From Salisapilia sapeloensis CBS 127946 (lineage: Eukaryota; Protista; Oomycota): a stretch of DNA of 52,930 nt. Within the stretch, counting starts at the first letter, position 1. The number at the start of each line of letters is the position of its first letter. The translations under genes were made by a program, and so were the position numbers. Positions 12,560 through 22,962 of this stretch are shown here, piece by piece. Where the stretch lies: NCBI GenBank assembly GCA_023334545.1, contig JAADVB010000124.1, forward strand, positions 1 to 52,930, given 5' to 3'. Under the pieces are notes generated by a model. That model did no database searches. It was not told the DNA's origin and worked only from the letters and a program-made list of their open reading frames with translations.

Positions 12560-14042
12560 GTCGAGCGCATCCTCAGAAGCCCTTCAGGTTGAAGTCGCCT
12601 TCGATCTACTTGCGCTACTTAGCTCTTCGCCATTTCAGTGGTCTCATTAACATTCCAATGGCTCACCAAGTGGCAACAGCCCACCAACAAGCCTGCTCTG
12701 AGACGCAACTGGCACCGCTTCAACTGGCACGACAACCCTCTCCTCCTAACGGCACAAGGACAAAGACTGCGGGCACGCGATTATCCGGCCCTTCGACCGT
12801 GTACTCTCGCGGAGCTGCGCATTTGCCACGTCAACAACACGACTTTGATGATAAGCGTTTCACATCAGGAACCACCGAGCCGTATCAGTGCCTTAAAGAT
12901 AGGGCGCTGGGCAAGCCTCCTGATCAGCCAACTTCCGTGGGCGTACGGTACACACCCCGACAACATGACTTCATGGACAACGGAGGAGCTCTGGACGGCA
13001 TCGCCTAAGGAATGGGCAACTCTTCGCTGGACCCAGGCCGAAGTCGGTACTCTGACGGGCCACTCAGTTATGGGTAATCAAGAGTCAGGCAGCGTTAGCC
13101 TCACGTGGCAACCATGGTTTGGCAAGTGGAGGACCTCTGGGAGAGACCAAACACGCATCTATACGATTACGCTAGACTCCGGACTACACTCCATTCTCAC
13201 TTTTCCTCTCATAGCAAGACGACGAAGACGAACAATAGACCCCTACGGCAGGGATCTGGCGTTCTTTCTAACAAACCCGATAAGAACCCAGCTAGAGGAT
13301 TGGAACTGACGCCATCAAGCGAGCAGTTGGAAGTTCTCGCTTCTCACCTCCCTAAGAATCCAGGAACCGTCTATGATGTGGCAACTGCCCAAAGCAGTCA
13401 CCAGTTACCAGAACTCGTTCTGGTTTCATCTCTGTCAACTGTCTACATATGCATTATCACGACGAAGCCCAGCCCAGATTGTGTCGCTGCGATAGCTGCG
13501 TGAGCAGCTATGAATCCCTAGACCACTTGCCCTGGAATTGCCACGTCGCCTCGGCGATCTGGCAACACTGAGTGCAGATCTGGGGCATCAAACCGGCAGA
13601 CGCACTAGCTCAAGACCGTCCTCTGTCCGTTACAGGCCGGCACCAGCTACCATCGAAACCTCAAAAGTTACTGAACACCGCACGCTACTATGCTGGAGTG
13701 CTAACAGACCAACACTATCAGACGCTGAAAGCAGTTTGGCAGGCGGGAACCACAATTATCGCAGCGCACTGTTTGGTGAGACGGAATGAGGCAGTGTACA
13801 CCACGACCGACTGGAGCAGCTCCCATGCCATTCAGACGATCTGGACCAAGACACTTTCACAGCTAGATGCAGCCGGACGTAGTCCTCGCTGGAACAGACA
13901 TGATCCATATGCGGCGGTCTGTTATCGAGACGTCACCTGGGCTATCCGGCAACCTTCATTTGTAGCTGTCCCATCCGATCTCCCACCCGAATCAATCGCG
14001 AGTCAACAACCTCAGGCCGTTCTTAGACAGCAGGACTTCTAG
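12560..14042 (+). mobile_element. Degraded 3' fragment of a non-LTR retrotransposon (L1/Tx1-like ORF2 C-terminus), RT core absent
   Basis: Frameshifted, stop-containing frames rich in W/P. CCHC zinc-finger CRCDSCVSSYESLDHLPWNCHVASAIW at ~13481-13561 (zf-RVT-like); post-RT region HPQKPFRLKSPSIYLRYLAL at ~12571; C-terminal ...WQAGTTIIAAHCLVRRNEAVY. Confidence 0.6.
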
Positions 14043-15039
14043 GAGTCTCAAAGAGTACCTGTTCATATACTCTTTGCCACAAGAACAAAATCGCCATTTC
14101 CGTCGGATGTAGTACAGCGCGAGTCAAAAAAGCTCACCAAGTCTTTTGCGCGCTTTTTCAAATGTGCACACGTCGAGACCCACGCGTAGCTTTAAGTCTT
14201 CTTGAAAATGGTTTCCTCCTAAATGCATCCGAGATGAAAACAGAAATGTACCAGAAATGAGTAAGTCGTGTTCGTTGAGACGGCAATCAGCTATTATGTG
14301 AGGCAAAATATGCAAAATGAAGATGAGCATGTGCGAGCTGTCATCGGTGCTGTGCCTCTTGAACCGGCCTGATTAAAATCGACGAAACAGTAGGTGATGT
14401 CGAAGGGTAATCGATTTAGGCCCACTTGGCTCCGAAAACATTATCTATATGGTGCAACGTTCACACAGATCGTGCTACAGCGAGCACGGCAATGGAAACC
14501 TCGACGACAACAGACGATGAAGTTTGAGAGTCAAGTTAGGCCAAGAGTATGAAGCGGCGTGTCCATTGGCACCACCGATCAATTACCTTTGTACTACTCT
14601 TTTGACGGAAAAGATATGGACATGCTATGAAAGATTGCAATGCCATGCAGCTAGTTCGAATCGGCAATTTTCAATGAACGCCGAGTTTGCTGATTCGATT
14701 ATAATGAGTAGAAGTACGAAATGCGAAACCTTAGCATTGCTGAATATGTATTCAGCGTGCATATGGCCTAATTTTTACCAGAGTGGAAGCTTGCCGACGG
14801 TCTAAAACTGAACAATCTTCTCTCAATCACATAAAACTAATTTACAACCGAAAGTTCCACAACGTCACCTTGGGAGAGCTGTAGGACGTCATATAACTAT
14901 GTGCCAAGATAGATTGATATCATAGGTACAACTCGACCAGGTAGCTTTATAGGAACCACCTTCATTAAACAATGGTACCACTATGGATGTAGTTCAAAGC
15001 ACAAACACCCATCCAATCTGGATGAATATTTTCCAAACT

Positions 15040-15293
15040 CTGGCCAGACCTAGACACGTTCCTTCACATCATGCAGAGAGGAAAATATAGCACTTCGCAC
15101 GACATCCACAGGTGCGCGTATGGTCAGGATGGACCTCGCCCTGATAACATAGCCGATCGCATCCTGTGGATATTCGAGAATCGACCCGAACTCCTAAAGG
15201 ATAGATACAGAGGATTACATAAGTGTAAACAAAGCGCTCGATCCACAGACCGTCTACTACATCCTCCAGCCAGACATCCGTTATGGTACCTAG
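15040..15293 (+). pseudogene. 3' half of the same gene family (frameshifted, internal deletion)
   Basis: DTFLHIMQRG...CAYG...IADRILWIFEN and DYISVNKALDP...ILQPD match DKFLYIMQRG...CAWG...MSSRIRWIFKN and DYTDVNKALDP...IIRPE of copy 1. Confidence 0.7.
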
Positions 15294-15546
15294 AGTCACA
15301 CAAGTAGCCACGACCGAACATTTCCACATATAAATCCTCCACTTTTATACCTATACAAAAGTATAGATAAACGCATCATTCCTTCTATCTACAGTTTCCA
15401 AGTATTCTACTCGACATGCATTTACTACTAAAACTTATATTTATTAAACTTTATAACATTACTAATGTTCTACATATTAAAAACTCCCAAAAAGCAAAAA
15501 GCAAAAGTCAAAGACGAATCTATTTCCAACTCCAACATCTTCATCT

Positions 15547-18318
15547 CTACTTTTGCGTCGAAGCTAGTCGCAACGCCTTGACACGTTCCTCCAATTGCTT
15601 GTCAAGTCTCGTCGCCAATTCCTGTGCCGCATCCTCCAGATTCTTTTTCACCTCTTGGGCACTTTCCAAGCTCCTAAACCCTTCCTCCATACCTTCCACA
15701 TCCACATGCACCGTCATCAACTGCTCTTTCACTTTCATCTCGAGGTTGGACGTCTCCGTCTGTAACGTCCGAAGCAGACTCTTGATGCCACTCGCCTCCT
15801 TCTTCTTCTTCTTCTTCAACGCCAGACGCAACGTCAACGTCAGTGCCGACAGCATCCACATGCCTGCTTCATGCAGATACGTCGCGATGGCCGAGACACC
15901 AGCCGCCGACACGAGTGTGCTGTGTCCATCGGAAAAGACCACGTGGTCGCCCATGGACGTCAACAGCGTCTTCATCTCGTCCTCCACACGTGTCCACCGA
16001 TCGTCCACCTGGTCACTATCCTTCGTGACCGTCAGGACGACCGAGACAACGACCTCCAGGACAAGTGAGCTAACATGCCACATGGAATGGACGTCACTCG
16101 ACCCTCTCACGAGGTCTTTGACAAGGTCCTGGTAGCGTCCAACGGATGTTTCCATGACCCCTACGTCCGTCTGTCCAATCCGTCGCAAGACCTCGATTGC
16201 TGTTGTCTGTAACGTGATCCACTTCTGACTCGATTCGATATCGAAGGACCGGTCGAGAGAAACAAGTGGCGCTTGTGGCAGAGAGAAAAAGTCTGAACGA
16301 GACATCGAGGCTCGACGCCAAGACACAAGCAACGCTCTATCCTGATTCCTACTCAATCTACTCACATCTAGGTCTTCTAGTAAATCTAGTCTAGGGTTCG
16401 ATGATAGAACATCCGCGAGAGATGACGCACCAGTCCCAAGTGCTTCTTCCACCTGTGTCTGGAGAAGGTGGAGGGAAGCCAAGACTTGGGTCTGACTAGG
16501 ATCCATGCGGTTGTACTTGAAGTTGGTCAGATCCAAGACCTTGTCGTATTCGCCTAGACGATACGCCTTTTGGATAAAATCGAGCGTTTCGACGCTAGAT
16601 GTTTGATGCAAGTGGTCGATGCGACGGCAGAGAGTTTGGACGTCGTCGACGCAAGCGAGTTGCTGGAGCTTATCAAAAACCAAGTACGAGAGCGAATCGA
16701 GCTGAATGTGCTTGACATCCAGCTTCGTTTGGCAGTCGACGAGGGCTTGACCGTGCCCTAGCGAAGCGTATATCTGAGATAAGAGCAGACGGACTTGGAA
16801 ATTGTACTCGCTACGACCTAAGGCGTGTTCAAGGATTGTTAGACATTCCAAGAGCGTAAGGACGCGAGTTGGCGTTTGCTGATAAGCGTCCAAGAGATAG
16901 TGAGAGCATAGTAAAAGCAAGTCATCCGTCTTGTGGACTTCCTTTTGACTCTGTCCACCGTCATCAATGTACGCGAGTGTCTGCTGCTCTTGCAGCAGGG
17001 TGGAAGCAAAGGTTCTAGGGTTTGTAACCCCTACGTCGGTCGGATCGATCGACCCTTCGAGGAAGCGACGAATCTTGATGACCAGTAACTTGGCGTTCAA
17101 CGCGTTTTCGGCCGTGGAAACGTCTTCCGAAGGTGTTCCGAAGTCCTGCTCCACCTTAGTGATACCTTCGAGCAACTTTTGCTTACTCGAGTCCGATACG
17201 CTTCCATCGTCAATAAACAACAGCAAATACTGCCGGATGTCCGTAAAGCAGCATGTCTTCCGATAAAACTGCCGCATGTACGCCACGAGCGCTTCGACCA
17301 ACGTTGTCTCAGCCTCCACTTTTGCTTCTTCCGTAGTACACTTGACGACCCTGTACCACCAATGCACCTTGGCCAGGTGTGGTCCACGTAACGTCGTACC
17401 CATCTTCTCGGCCATCTCGTCCAGGAACGGTACCACTATTGTACCAGCTTCCTTCCCTAGGAGCTCTTCCTCGGCCTCCATGAGCTGCGTGTATGCGTCC
17501 CAGTCGTCTCCATCAACCTCGAGCCACTTCTTCTGGACATCTCGGCACCTGCTCCAGTCGCCAGCATTCTTACTCAGCTCCGTTTCCAGTCGGTACCGAT
17601 CGCGTTTATCCATCGCTCCCGTCTCAATCTCGTCTTCCGGCGCTCCCTGTCCTTCCAGCGCCCTCGCTTTCACCTCCTTCTTCTCTACAAGTTCATCAAA
17701 TACATTCAAAGCTTCACTATACTTGCCCTGAGCCTCCATCACTTGCATCAGTAGCTGCAAAGCATTCCCATCGGCTGCCGGATCCTCCTGGAGCACCGGT
17801 AGGAGCATCCGTTCGGCGAGCTGCAACATCTTTGGTGGCGTCTGGCCATGCTTCACCTGTACCAACATACTCGTACAGGCCCAACAGACGTATTTGCGCT
17901 TCTGGTACGACCGGAAGAGCTTAGTAGCCGTCTGCTGCTGCTTGAGCCAGTCGCCACGCTTGCCATAGGCCGCGAAGAGAGCTTGGAGCAGCTCTTCCGT
18001 CGGTTGGACACTCACAGCGTGTTCATACGCCGGTAGCATCTCTTCCTCCTGACCACACAAACGGAAGACGAGAGCCATCGTCTGCAATAACGTCTCATCC
18101 GTCGGCTTCTGACTACGTACGGACCGACATAAGCTCAGCGCTTCCTCCGGTCGCCCCGTGCGTTCGAGACAATGCGCTTTGAGCACTTGCACGAGCGGGT
18201 AGGATGCAACCTTCTTATGAGCACAGAGCTTGAGGGCAGACTTGTACTGCCTCGTATCGATCGCCTCGTAGATCGGACGGAGGTAGCGCTGCATGGTCCG
18301 TTGGTCCATTTCGACCAT
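15547..18318 (-). CDS. NAA25: NatB N-acetyltransferase auxiliary subunit (NAA25/MDM20)
   Basis: Single-exon 923-aa ORF; N-terminal RYLRPIYEAIDTRQYKSALK TPR region; FYRKTCCFTDIRQYL; SEYNFQVRLLL; LDVKHIQLDSLSY. Confidence 0.92.
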   Translation of the reverse strand: MVEMDQRTMQRYLRPIYEAIDTRQYKSALKLCAHKKVASYPLVQVLKAHCLERTGRPEEALSLCRSVRSQKPTDETLLQTMALVFRLCGQEEEMLPAYEHAVSVQPTEELLQALFAAYGKRGDWLKQQQTATKLFRSYQKRKYVCWACTSMLVQVKHGQTPPKMLQLAERMLLPVLQEDPAADGNALQLLMQVMEAQGKYSEALNVFDELVEKKEVKARALEGQGAPEDEIETGAMDKRDRYRLETELSKNAGDWSRCRDVQKKWLEVDGDDWDAYTQLMEAEEELLGKEAGTIVVPFLDEMAEKMGTTLRGPHLAKVHWWYRVVKCTTEEAKVEAETTLVEALVAYMRQFYRKTCCFTDIRQYLLLFIDDGSVSDSSKQKLLEGITKVEQDFGTPSEDVSTAENALNAKLLVIKIRRFLEGSIDPTDVGVTNPRTFASTLLQEQQTLAYIDDGGQSQKEVHKTDDLLLLCSHYLLDAYQQTPTRVLTLLECLTILEHALGRSEYNFQVRLLLSQIYASLGHGQALVDCQTKLDVKHIQLDSLSYLVFDKLQQLACVDDVQTLCRRIDHLHQTSSVETLDFIQKAYRLGEYDKVLDLTNFKYNRMDPSQTQVLASLHLLQTQVEEALGTGASSLADVLSSNPRLDLLEDLDVSRLSRNQDRALLVSWRRASMSRSDFFSLPQAPLVSLDRSFDIESSQKWITLQTTAIEVLRRIGQTDVGVMETSVGRYQDLVKDLVRGSSDVHSMWHVSSLVLEVVVSVVLTVTKDSDQVDDRWTRVEDEMKTLLTSMGDHVVFSDGHSTLVSAAGVSAIATYLHEAGMWMLSALTLTLRLALKKKKKKEASGIKSLLRTLQTETSNLEMKVKEQLMTVHVDVEGMEEGFRSLESAQEVKKNLEDAAQELATRLDKQLEERVKALRLASTQK

Positions 18319-18380
18319 TTTTGACTTGATTAAAGTATACGTAGAATACTCGAGTCGCTTTTGACCTGATTAAAGTATAC
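18319..18380. promoter_or_regulatory. 22-nt direct repeat (period 40) in the 81-nt divergent NAA25/SCO1 promoter
   Basis: ttttgacttgattaaagtatac (18319-18340) and ttttgacctgattaaagtatac (18359-18380), 1 mismatch. Confidence 0.6.
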
Positions 18381-18399
18381 TTTTGAACTGACGGCTAGG

Positions 18400-19279
18400 A
18401 TGGTACTCGGACGCATGATGCGAGCTGCTGGTGGCACCAGTATGCGCCTCGTACGCACGCGAGGCATGTCTACTAGTCCTCCGAAACCATCTACTGATAA
18501 ACTAGGCGTAGAACTCTTTCTATTGCATGTGTTTTCGGTCTATTAATACGACGTATGCAGCCCGTGTCGTGGCCGGGATTGGCACTCGCCGCCGCCGTCG
18601 GCAGTGGTGCCGTGTACTACTACTACGCCGAGAAGGAGCGCTTGCAGACGCAAAGTAGTTTTCTATCCTTTTGCAATTGTTGCCATGTGCTCATCTTGTC
18701 CTAGCGACCAACAAGGTCGTGTCCGTCGGCAAGCCGCTGCTCGGCGGACAGTGGACGCTCGTGGACTGCGCGTCCAGGACGAGCGTCACGGATGCCACCT
18801 ACCGTGGCAAATACACGCTGCTCTACTTTGGCTTCACCCACTGCCCCGACATTTGTCCGAACGAGCTTGTGCGCATTGGCGACGTGCTCGACCAATTGGA
18901 CAAGCAGGGGCTGCCGCAGGTATTGCCACTCTTCATCTCCGTGGACCCGAATCGGGACACCGTCGAACAGATGCAGCAGTACAAGCAAGGTAGGTGAGAT
19001 ACTTTTTACTTGTCTACAAGCTACTAGAACATGCAACTAGACTTCCACCCGAGCTTCCAGATGCTCACGGGGACCAAGGACCAGGTCGCAGACGTGGCCA
19101 AGGCCTATCGAGTCTACTTCACCAAGGCCGACGAGAAGGAGGATGACGATGAGGACTACCTCGTAGACCACTCCATCGTCATGTACCTCGTCGGCCCGGA
19201 CGGCGAGTTCCTCGACTTCTTCACCCAGGCCGCGCGCGTAGATGACATTGTCAGCAAGATGAAGACATACTTAGAATAA
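18400..19279 (+). CDS. SCO1: Mitochondrial copper chaperone SCO1/2 (4 exons)
   Basis: Presequence-like N-terminus, GPVSW plus TM helix, GKPLLGGQW, YFGFTHCPDICPNEL (CxxxC), ISVDPNRD, YLVDHSIVMYLVGPDGEF; three GT-AG introns restore the frame. Confidence 0.95.
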
Positions 19280-19376
19280 GTCAAAATGAAAGGGTACTTG
19301 GCCGGCAGATTCGTGGTACATATACAAATTCCTAGTGCCAAGTTTGCGGTCATCAAACCACCAGAAAACAAGCGAA

Positions 19377-19823
19377 ATGGTCGAAGGCAAGCGAGTGCCA
19401 CCACCTGCGACGGACAGCACGAGCCTTTCGTGTGCCGCACGTATCCTCGGATTCGAGTGTGCCGATGCGAACCTTGACTTCCTTCGCTGCAAGGAAAAGG
19501 ACCAGGACCCGAGAGCGTGTTTGCCCCAGGGCGAACGCGTCACGGCGTGCGTCTTAAAAACGTATTGACAAATGCTTGGACTTGTATACAGTGCACGTTG
19601 TAATGATAGAGTAGGCTCCGTGAGGTCGAGGATAACTGCGGTGACAAGTTCGCTGCGTATCAGAAAGCCATGAAGAAAAAGTGGGGACGCCTGGAAGAAT
19701 GCCGAAAGGAGGAGGCAGCACTCGAGACGTGTTGGCGGGAGTACAAGGGCTATTCGCAGGAACAGGTGCGTGGCATTCTATAGAGACTGCAGTATACATT
19801 TCTCAAGTCAAACGTAGAGCTGA
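19377..19823 (+). CDS. NDUFA8: Complex I subunit NDUFA8 (CX9C protein), 3 exons
   Basis: CX9C motifs ECADANLDFLRC, ACLPQGERVTAC and ECRKEEAALETC; KEKDQDPRAC matches the NDUFA8 pattern; introns begin gtattg and gtgcgt. Confidence 0.8.
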
Positions 19824-19961
19824 AGCGCATCAGACTCAGACTCAGCCTAATTGTGCGAATACAAATCTCGTGTCACAGAATGTTGGTTTCTTTCCAAAGT
19901 AGCTCTTCGCCGATACTTTCTAGCATACAAAACAAACACTTTTGAATGTATCCATCGCTTG

Positions 19962-20669
19962 TCAATTGAATAGCTCCTTGCTCTCCTTTCCGAACACACC
20001 TTCGTAGTACATCTCCTGAGGAGGTAGGCGAGGCGTCTCCTTGGGCTTCACGGCGTCCTCGGCAGGGTATCCGAGGCACACCATCACCGGGACAAAGTGT
20101 CGATCCGAAATGCCCAAAGCCTTACGCACCGCCGGTTCGTCAAACCCTTCCATCGGACAGCTATCGACGCCATACGCTTGTGCAGCGTACATAAGCGTGG
20201 CGGCAAACATACTTGCCTGCTTCGTGGCCCATGCGACGGTCGGGATGTCCGCTCCGTGGGTCATGGATTCTGGCACGATCTTCTGGAGTCCTTCTGGGAT
20301 CTCCTGTTTCTCGCCAGAAAAGAGCTGCACGAGACTCGGTAGGGCCGCAACCATACCTTCCGGCTCTCCTGCATTCCGCTTGAGCTCCTGTACACGCGGC
20401 AGTTGGTCCGACGGAGAGCAATCGGACACAACAGTCACGATGACCGGCGCCACTTTGACCTTGCCGGCATTGCTCGCAAGCATCGTCGATGCCAATTTTT
20501 CCCTGTCCTCCTGCGTTCGAGAGAGGACGCATCGGTACGGCTGAGAGTTAAAACTACTCGGCGCTCGTTGCGCCAGTTTGAGAATATCCTTCAACGTGTC
20601 CTCTGGAATCGTTTTCGACGCAAAGTTCTTCAATGCATATCGGTTCGTGATAATCGCAGTAGACTCCAT
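19962..20669 (-). CDS. Nitroreductase-family flavoprotein 1 (intronless, 235 aa)
   Basis: RYALKNF...IPEDTLKDILKLAQRAPSSFNSQPYR; AAQAYGVDSCPMEGFD; VMVCLGYP; PRLP. Confidence 0.9.
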   Translation of the reverse strand: MESTAIITNRYALKNFASKTIPEDTLKDILKLAQRAPSSFNSQPYRCVLSRTQEDREKLASTMLASNAGKVKVAPVIVTVVSDCSPSDQLPRVQELKRNAGEPEGMVAALPSLVQLFSGEKQEIPEGLQKIVPESMTHGADIPTVAWATKQASMFAATLMYAAQAYGVDSCPMEGFDEPAVRKALGISDRHFVPVMVCLGYPAEDAVKPKETPRLPPQEMYYEGVFGKESKELFN

Positions 20670-20835
20670 CTTGCGGTGCTAATTTGGAAATAAGAGGGGG
20701 AGACACCGGACAGCAGGTGCAGCGCTACTTTCCAATCCTGTGCAAGTACGTAGCTGATCTCGTAATCAAATTCTTTTTCTTTTCTTTTGTATTCAGTTAA
20801 CGTTTTTCTTATTCTTCAACCCTCTTTTCTTAACC

Positions 20836-21641
20836 TTAGTCTTTCCGACCCTTGAGGATCGAATCAATGCCTTGGCCGAATCGACCGTCAAAGAAGAGGT
20901 CAGATAGGGGCAGTCGGGGCTTCTTCGGACGCTCCAATTGGTCCGGCTGAGGGTACCCTAGGCATACGACCATCGGAATCGAGTACCGATCCGGCATGTC
21001 CAACAGATAGCGTAGACGCTGCTCGTCAAAGCCTTCCATGGGACACGTCGTCAGTCCATGGGCCTCGGCCGCGTACATGAAAGTAGCAGCGACGATACCA
21101 GTCTGCTTGTAGCTGTAGGCAATGGTCGGAACACTGGACGGCACTGGTCGAATAGGAGACATGACGGTCGAAATGGCAGAGCGAAGGGCGTCCGCGACGT
21201 ATCCTTCACCTGCAAACATACGAACGTAGTGTGGGAGGTTGGCGATGTAGTCTGCCGGCGTCCCAAACTCGTGCTCGAGCTTCTGGACGGCCGGCACGCG
21301 TTTGCTCGGCTCCAAGTCGGCGCCAAAGACCGCAACGACTGGTGCCTCCTTGACCTTTCGGACATTCGAGTCCAGCATCGCATCAGCAATACGCTCTCGA
21401 TCTGCCTGCTCTCGAACGAGCACACAGGCGAATGGAGACATATTCCATCCGGTCGGAGCTCGCTAAAGTCGATTAGTATGGTCGAGAGGCATTCTAGGTA
21501 CTTTAATTATACCTGTGTAAGACGCAATATCTCAGCTAACGTATCTTCCGGCACTGGATCCGACGTAAATGCCTTGATGGCACGTCGGCCATCGATCACG
21601 CTCGCCGCGGACCTCGCGGACGTCGACAGCTTTCTTAGCAT
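20836..21641 (-). CDS. Nitroreductase-family flavoprotein 2 (2 exons; intron 21512-21463)
   Basis: MLRKLSTSARSAASVIDGRRAIKAF...LTQ|RAPTGWNMSPF; AAEAHGLTTCPMEGFD; MVVCLGYP. Confidence 0.88.
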
Positions 21642-21942
21642 TTCGAATTCTGCCTCCTCTAGCGTACGATTGGTGGATTTTCCATTTATTACGTTTTCAT
21701 TGGTGCAATGTGATATATATCCGCTATCGATTGGCTAGACGATCTACCTCGTTTTTCTTTGTGGTAGTCGTCATACTCGAGCTACTAGTCTACCTACCTC
21801 GTCTTTCCTATATGATTTACATATCCGTAAACCTAGTTGGCTACATTTCGGTATAAAACACGCGAAAAAATGTCTAGAAGTTTCTCGAATTTTAAAGCAT
21901 CGTATTAGCTCTGGACCATTTAAACTTTTAGCAACCGAAGGA

Positions 21943-22920
21943 ATGGCAGGAGACGACCCGAACAAATGGCTCGAGCTGATGAAATGGACGATGAAGCACG
22001 GCGGTGAAAACGCTGCGCCATCTTCAACGGAAGAGGCGAAACCTATGTCACAGGAGGACCGAGAGTTCCTCGAACGTGTCATGAAGGAAGGCGTGATGGA
22101 CGAAACGGAGCGCATTCGTGACATTTTGCGTATTCTCGATGGCGAACCGCCGCAGGATGTGCTCAAGAATCACGACCAGAACTTAGAATATTCGGAGGAA
22201 GACCTTGTGCTATATAAAGAAGCGCTACTAGACGAACTATTGACACGCATCGATCAGATCGATAATGCGAATAACTTGGTCAAGATGGACGGTCTGCCTG
22301 TCCTCCAGCGCGTTATGTCTGGGAACGACCGACCAGACACCAGGTCCGCCGCAGCGGAAGTCGTGTCTGTCGTGGTGCAGAATAATCCCTTCAGTCAGGA
22401 CGAGGCCGTCGCCAAGGACGTTCTGTCGACGCTCCTGGAGCTCGCACAGGACGCTGATGCCGGCTGCCGTGCCAAGGCGCTGCTCGCCATCTCGTGCCTC
22501 GTCCGACAGCACCAAAAAGCTGAGGCACAGTTGCTCCAGTCAAAAGCACTGGACATCCTGCTCGCGAGACTCCAGGAGTCCGAGATCAAGCTCCAGCGGA
22601 AGGCTCTCTTCTTCCTCCGCTACCTCATCCGCAATTCCGATGTGACGACGAAAAAGCTCATTGACTCGGGCGTCTTCATCCCGACGATCGCCACGTTCAT
22701 CACGAGTGACGACATCGATCTGTCCGAAGGTAGTCTCGAAGCTCTTGTGGAAGTCGCAGCCTACGGCAGCAGCTTCCGAGCTGCTTGTCAGACACCTGAA
22801 ATACGTAGCAAGATACAGGAATGCATCGAACAGATCCACAAATTATCAGGAGAAGAACGAGAGATGGCACAAGAGACACTCAAGCGTGCCGAGGCCGCGA
22901 AACAAGTACTCGGCCACTAG
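21943..22920 (+). CDS. HSPBP1: Hsp70 nucleotide exchange factor HSPBP1/Fes1-like (ARM repeats)
   Basis: KWLELMKW N-terminus, MSQEDREFL, IDNANNLVKMDGL, VVQNNPFSQ, KALLAISCLVR, RKALFFL. Confidence 0.88.
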   Translation: MAGDDPNKWLELMKWTMKHGGENAAPSSTEEAKPMSQEDREFLERVMKEGVMDETERIRDILRILDGEPPQDVLKNHDQNLEYSEEDLVLYKEALLDELLTRIDQIDNANNLVKMDGLPVLQRVMSGNDRPDTRSAAAEVVSVVVQNNPFSQDEAVAKDVLSTLLELAQDADAGCRAKALLAISCLVRQHQKAEAQLLQSKALDILLARLQESEIKLQRKALFFLRYLIRNSDVTTKKLIDSGVFIPTIATFITSDDIDLSEGSLEALVEVAAYGSSFRAACQTPEIRSKIQECIEQIHKLSGEEREMAQETLKRAEAAKQVLGH

Positions 22921-22962
22921 ACACTTGTACATGTAAATGCCAATTTCTTTTCTTTTTTGTTT

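Noticed and set aside
14124-14330. HILPHIIADCR resembling the CACTA/EnSpm transposase HxLLHL..D.R motif
   Set aside because: The downstream F.FE motif is not matched; too short to support.
16360-16400. Local CTAG clusters suggesting a genome-wide motif bias
   Set aside because: Explained by CTA-GAx (Leu-Asp/Glu) codons; rough counts elsewhere match expectation.
15416-18036. Numerous long overlapping antisense ORFs here and across the other GC-rich genes
   Set aside because: Shadow frames of real CDSs with GC3-rich codon usage.
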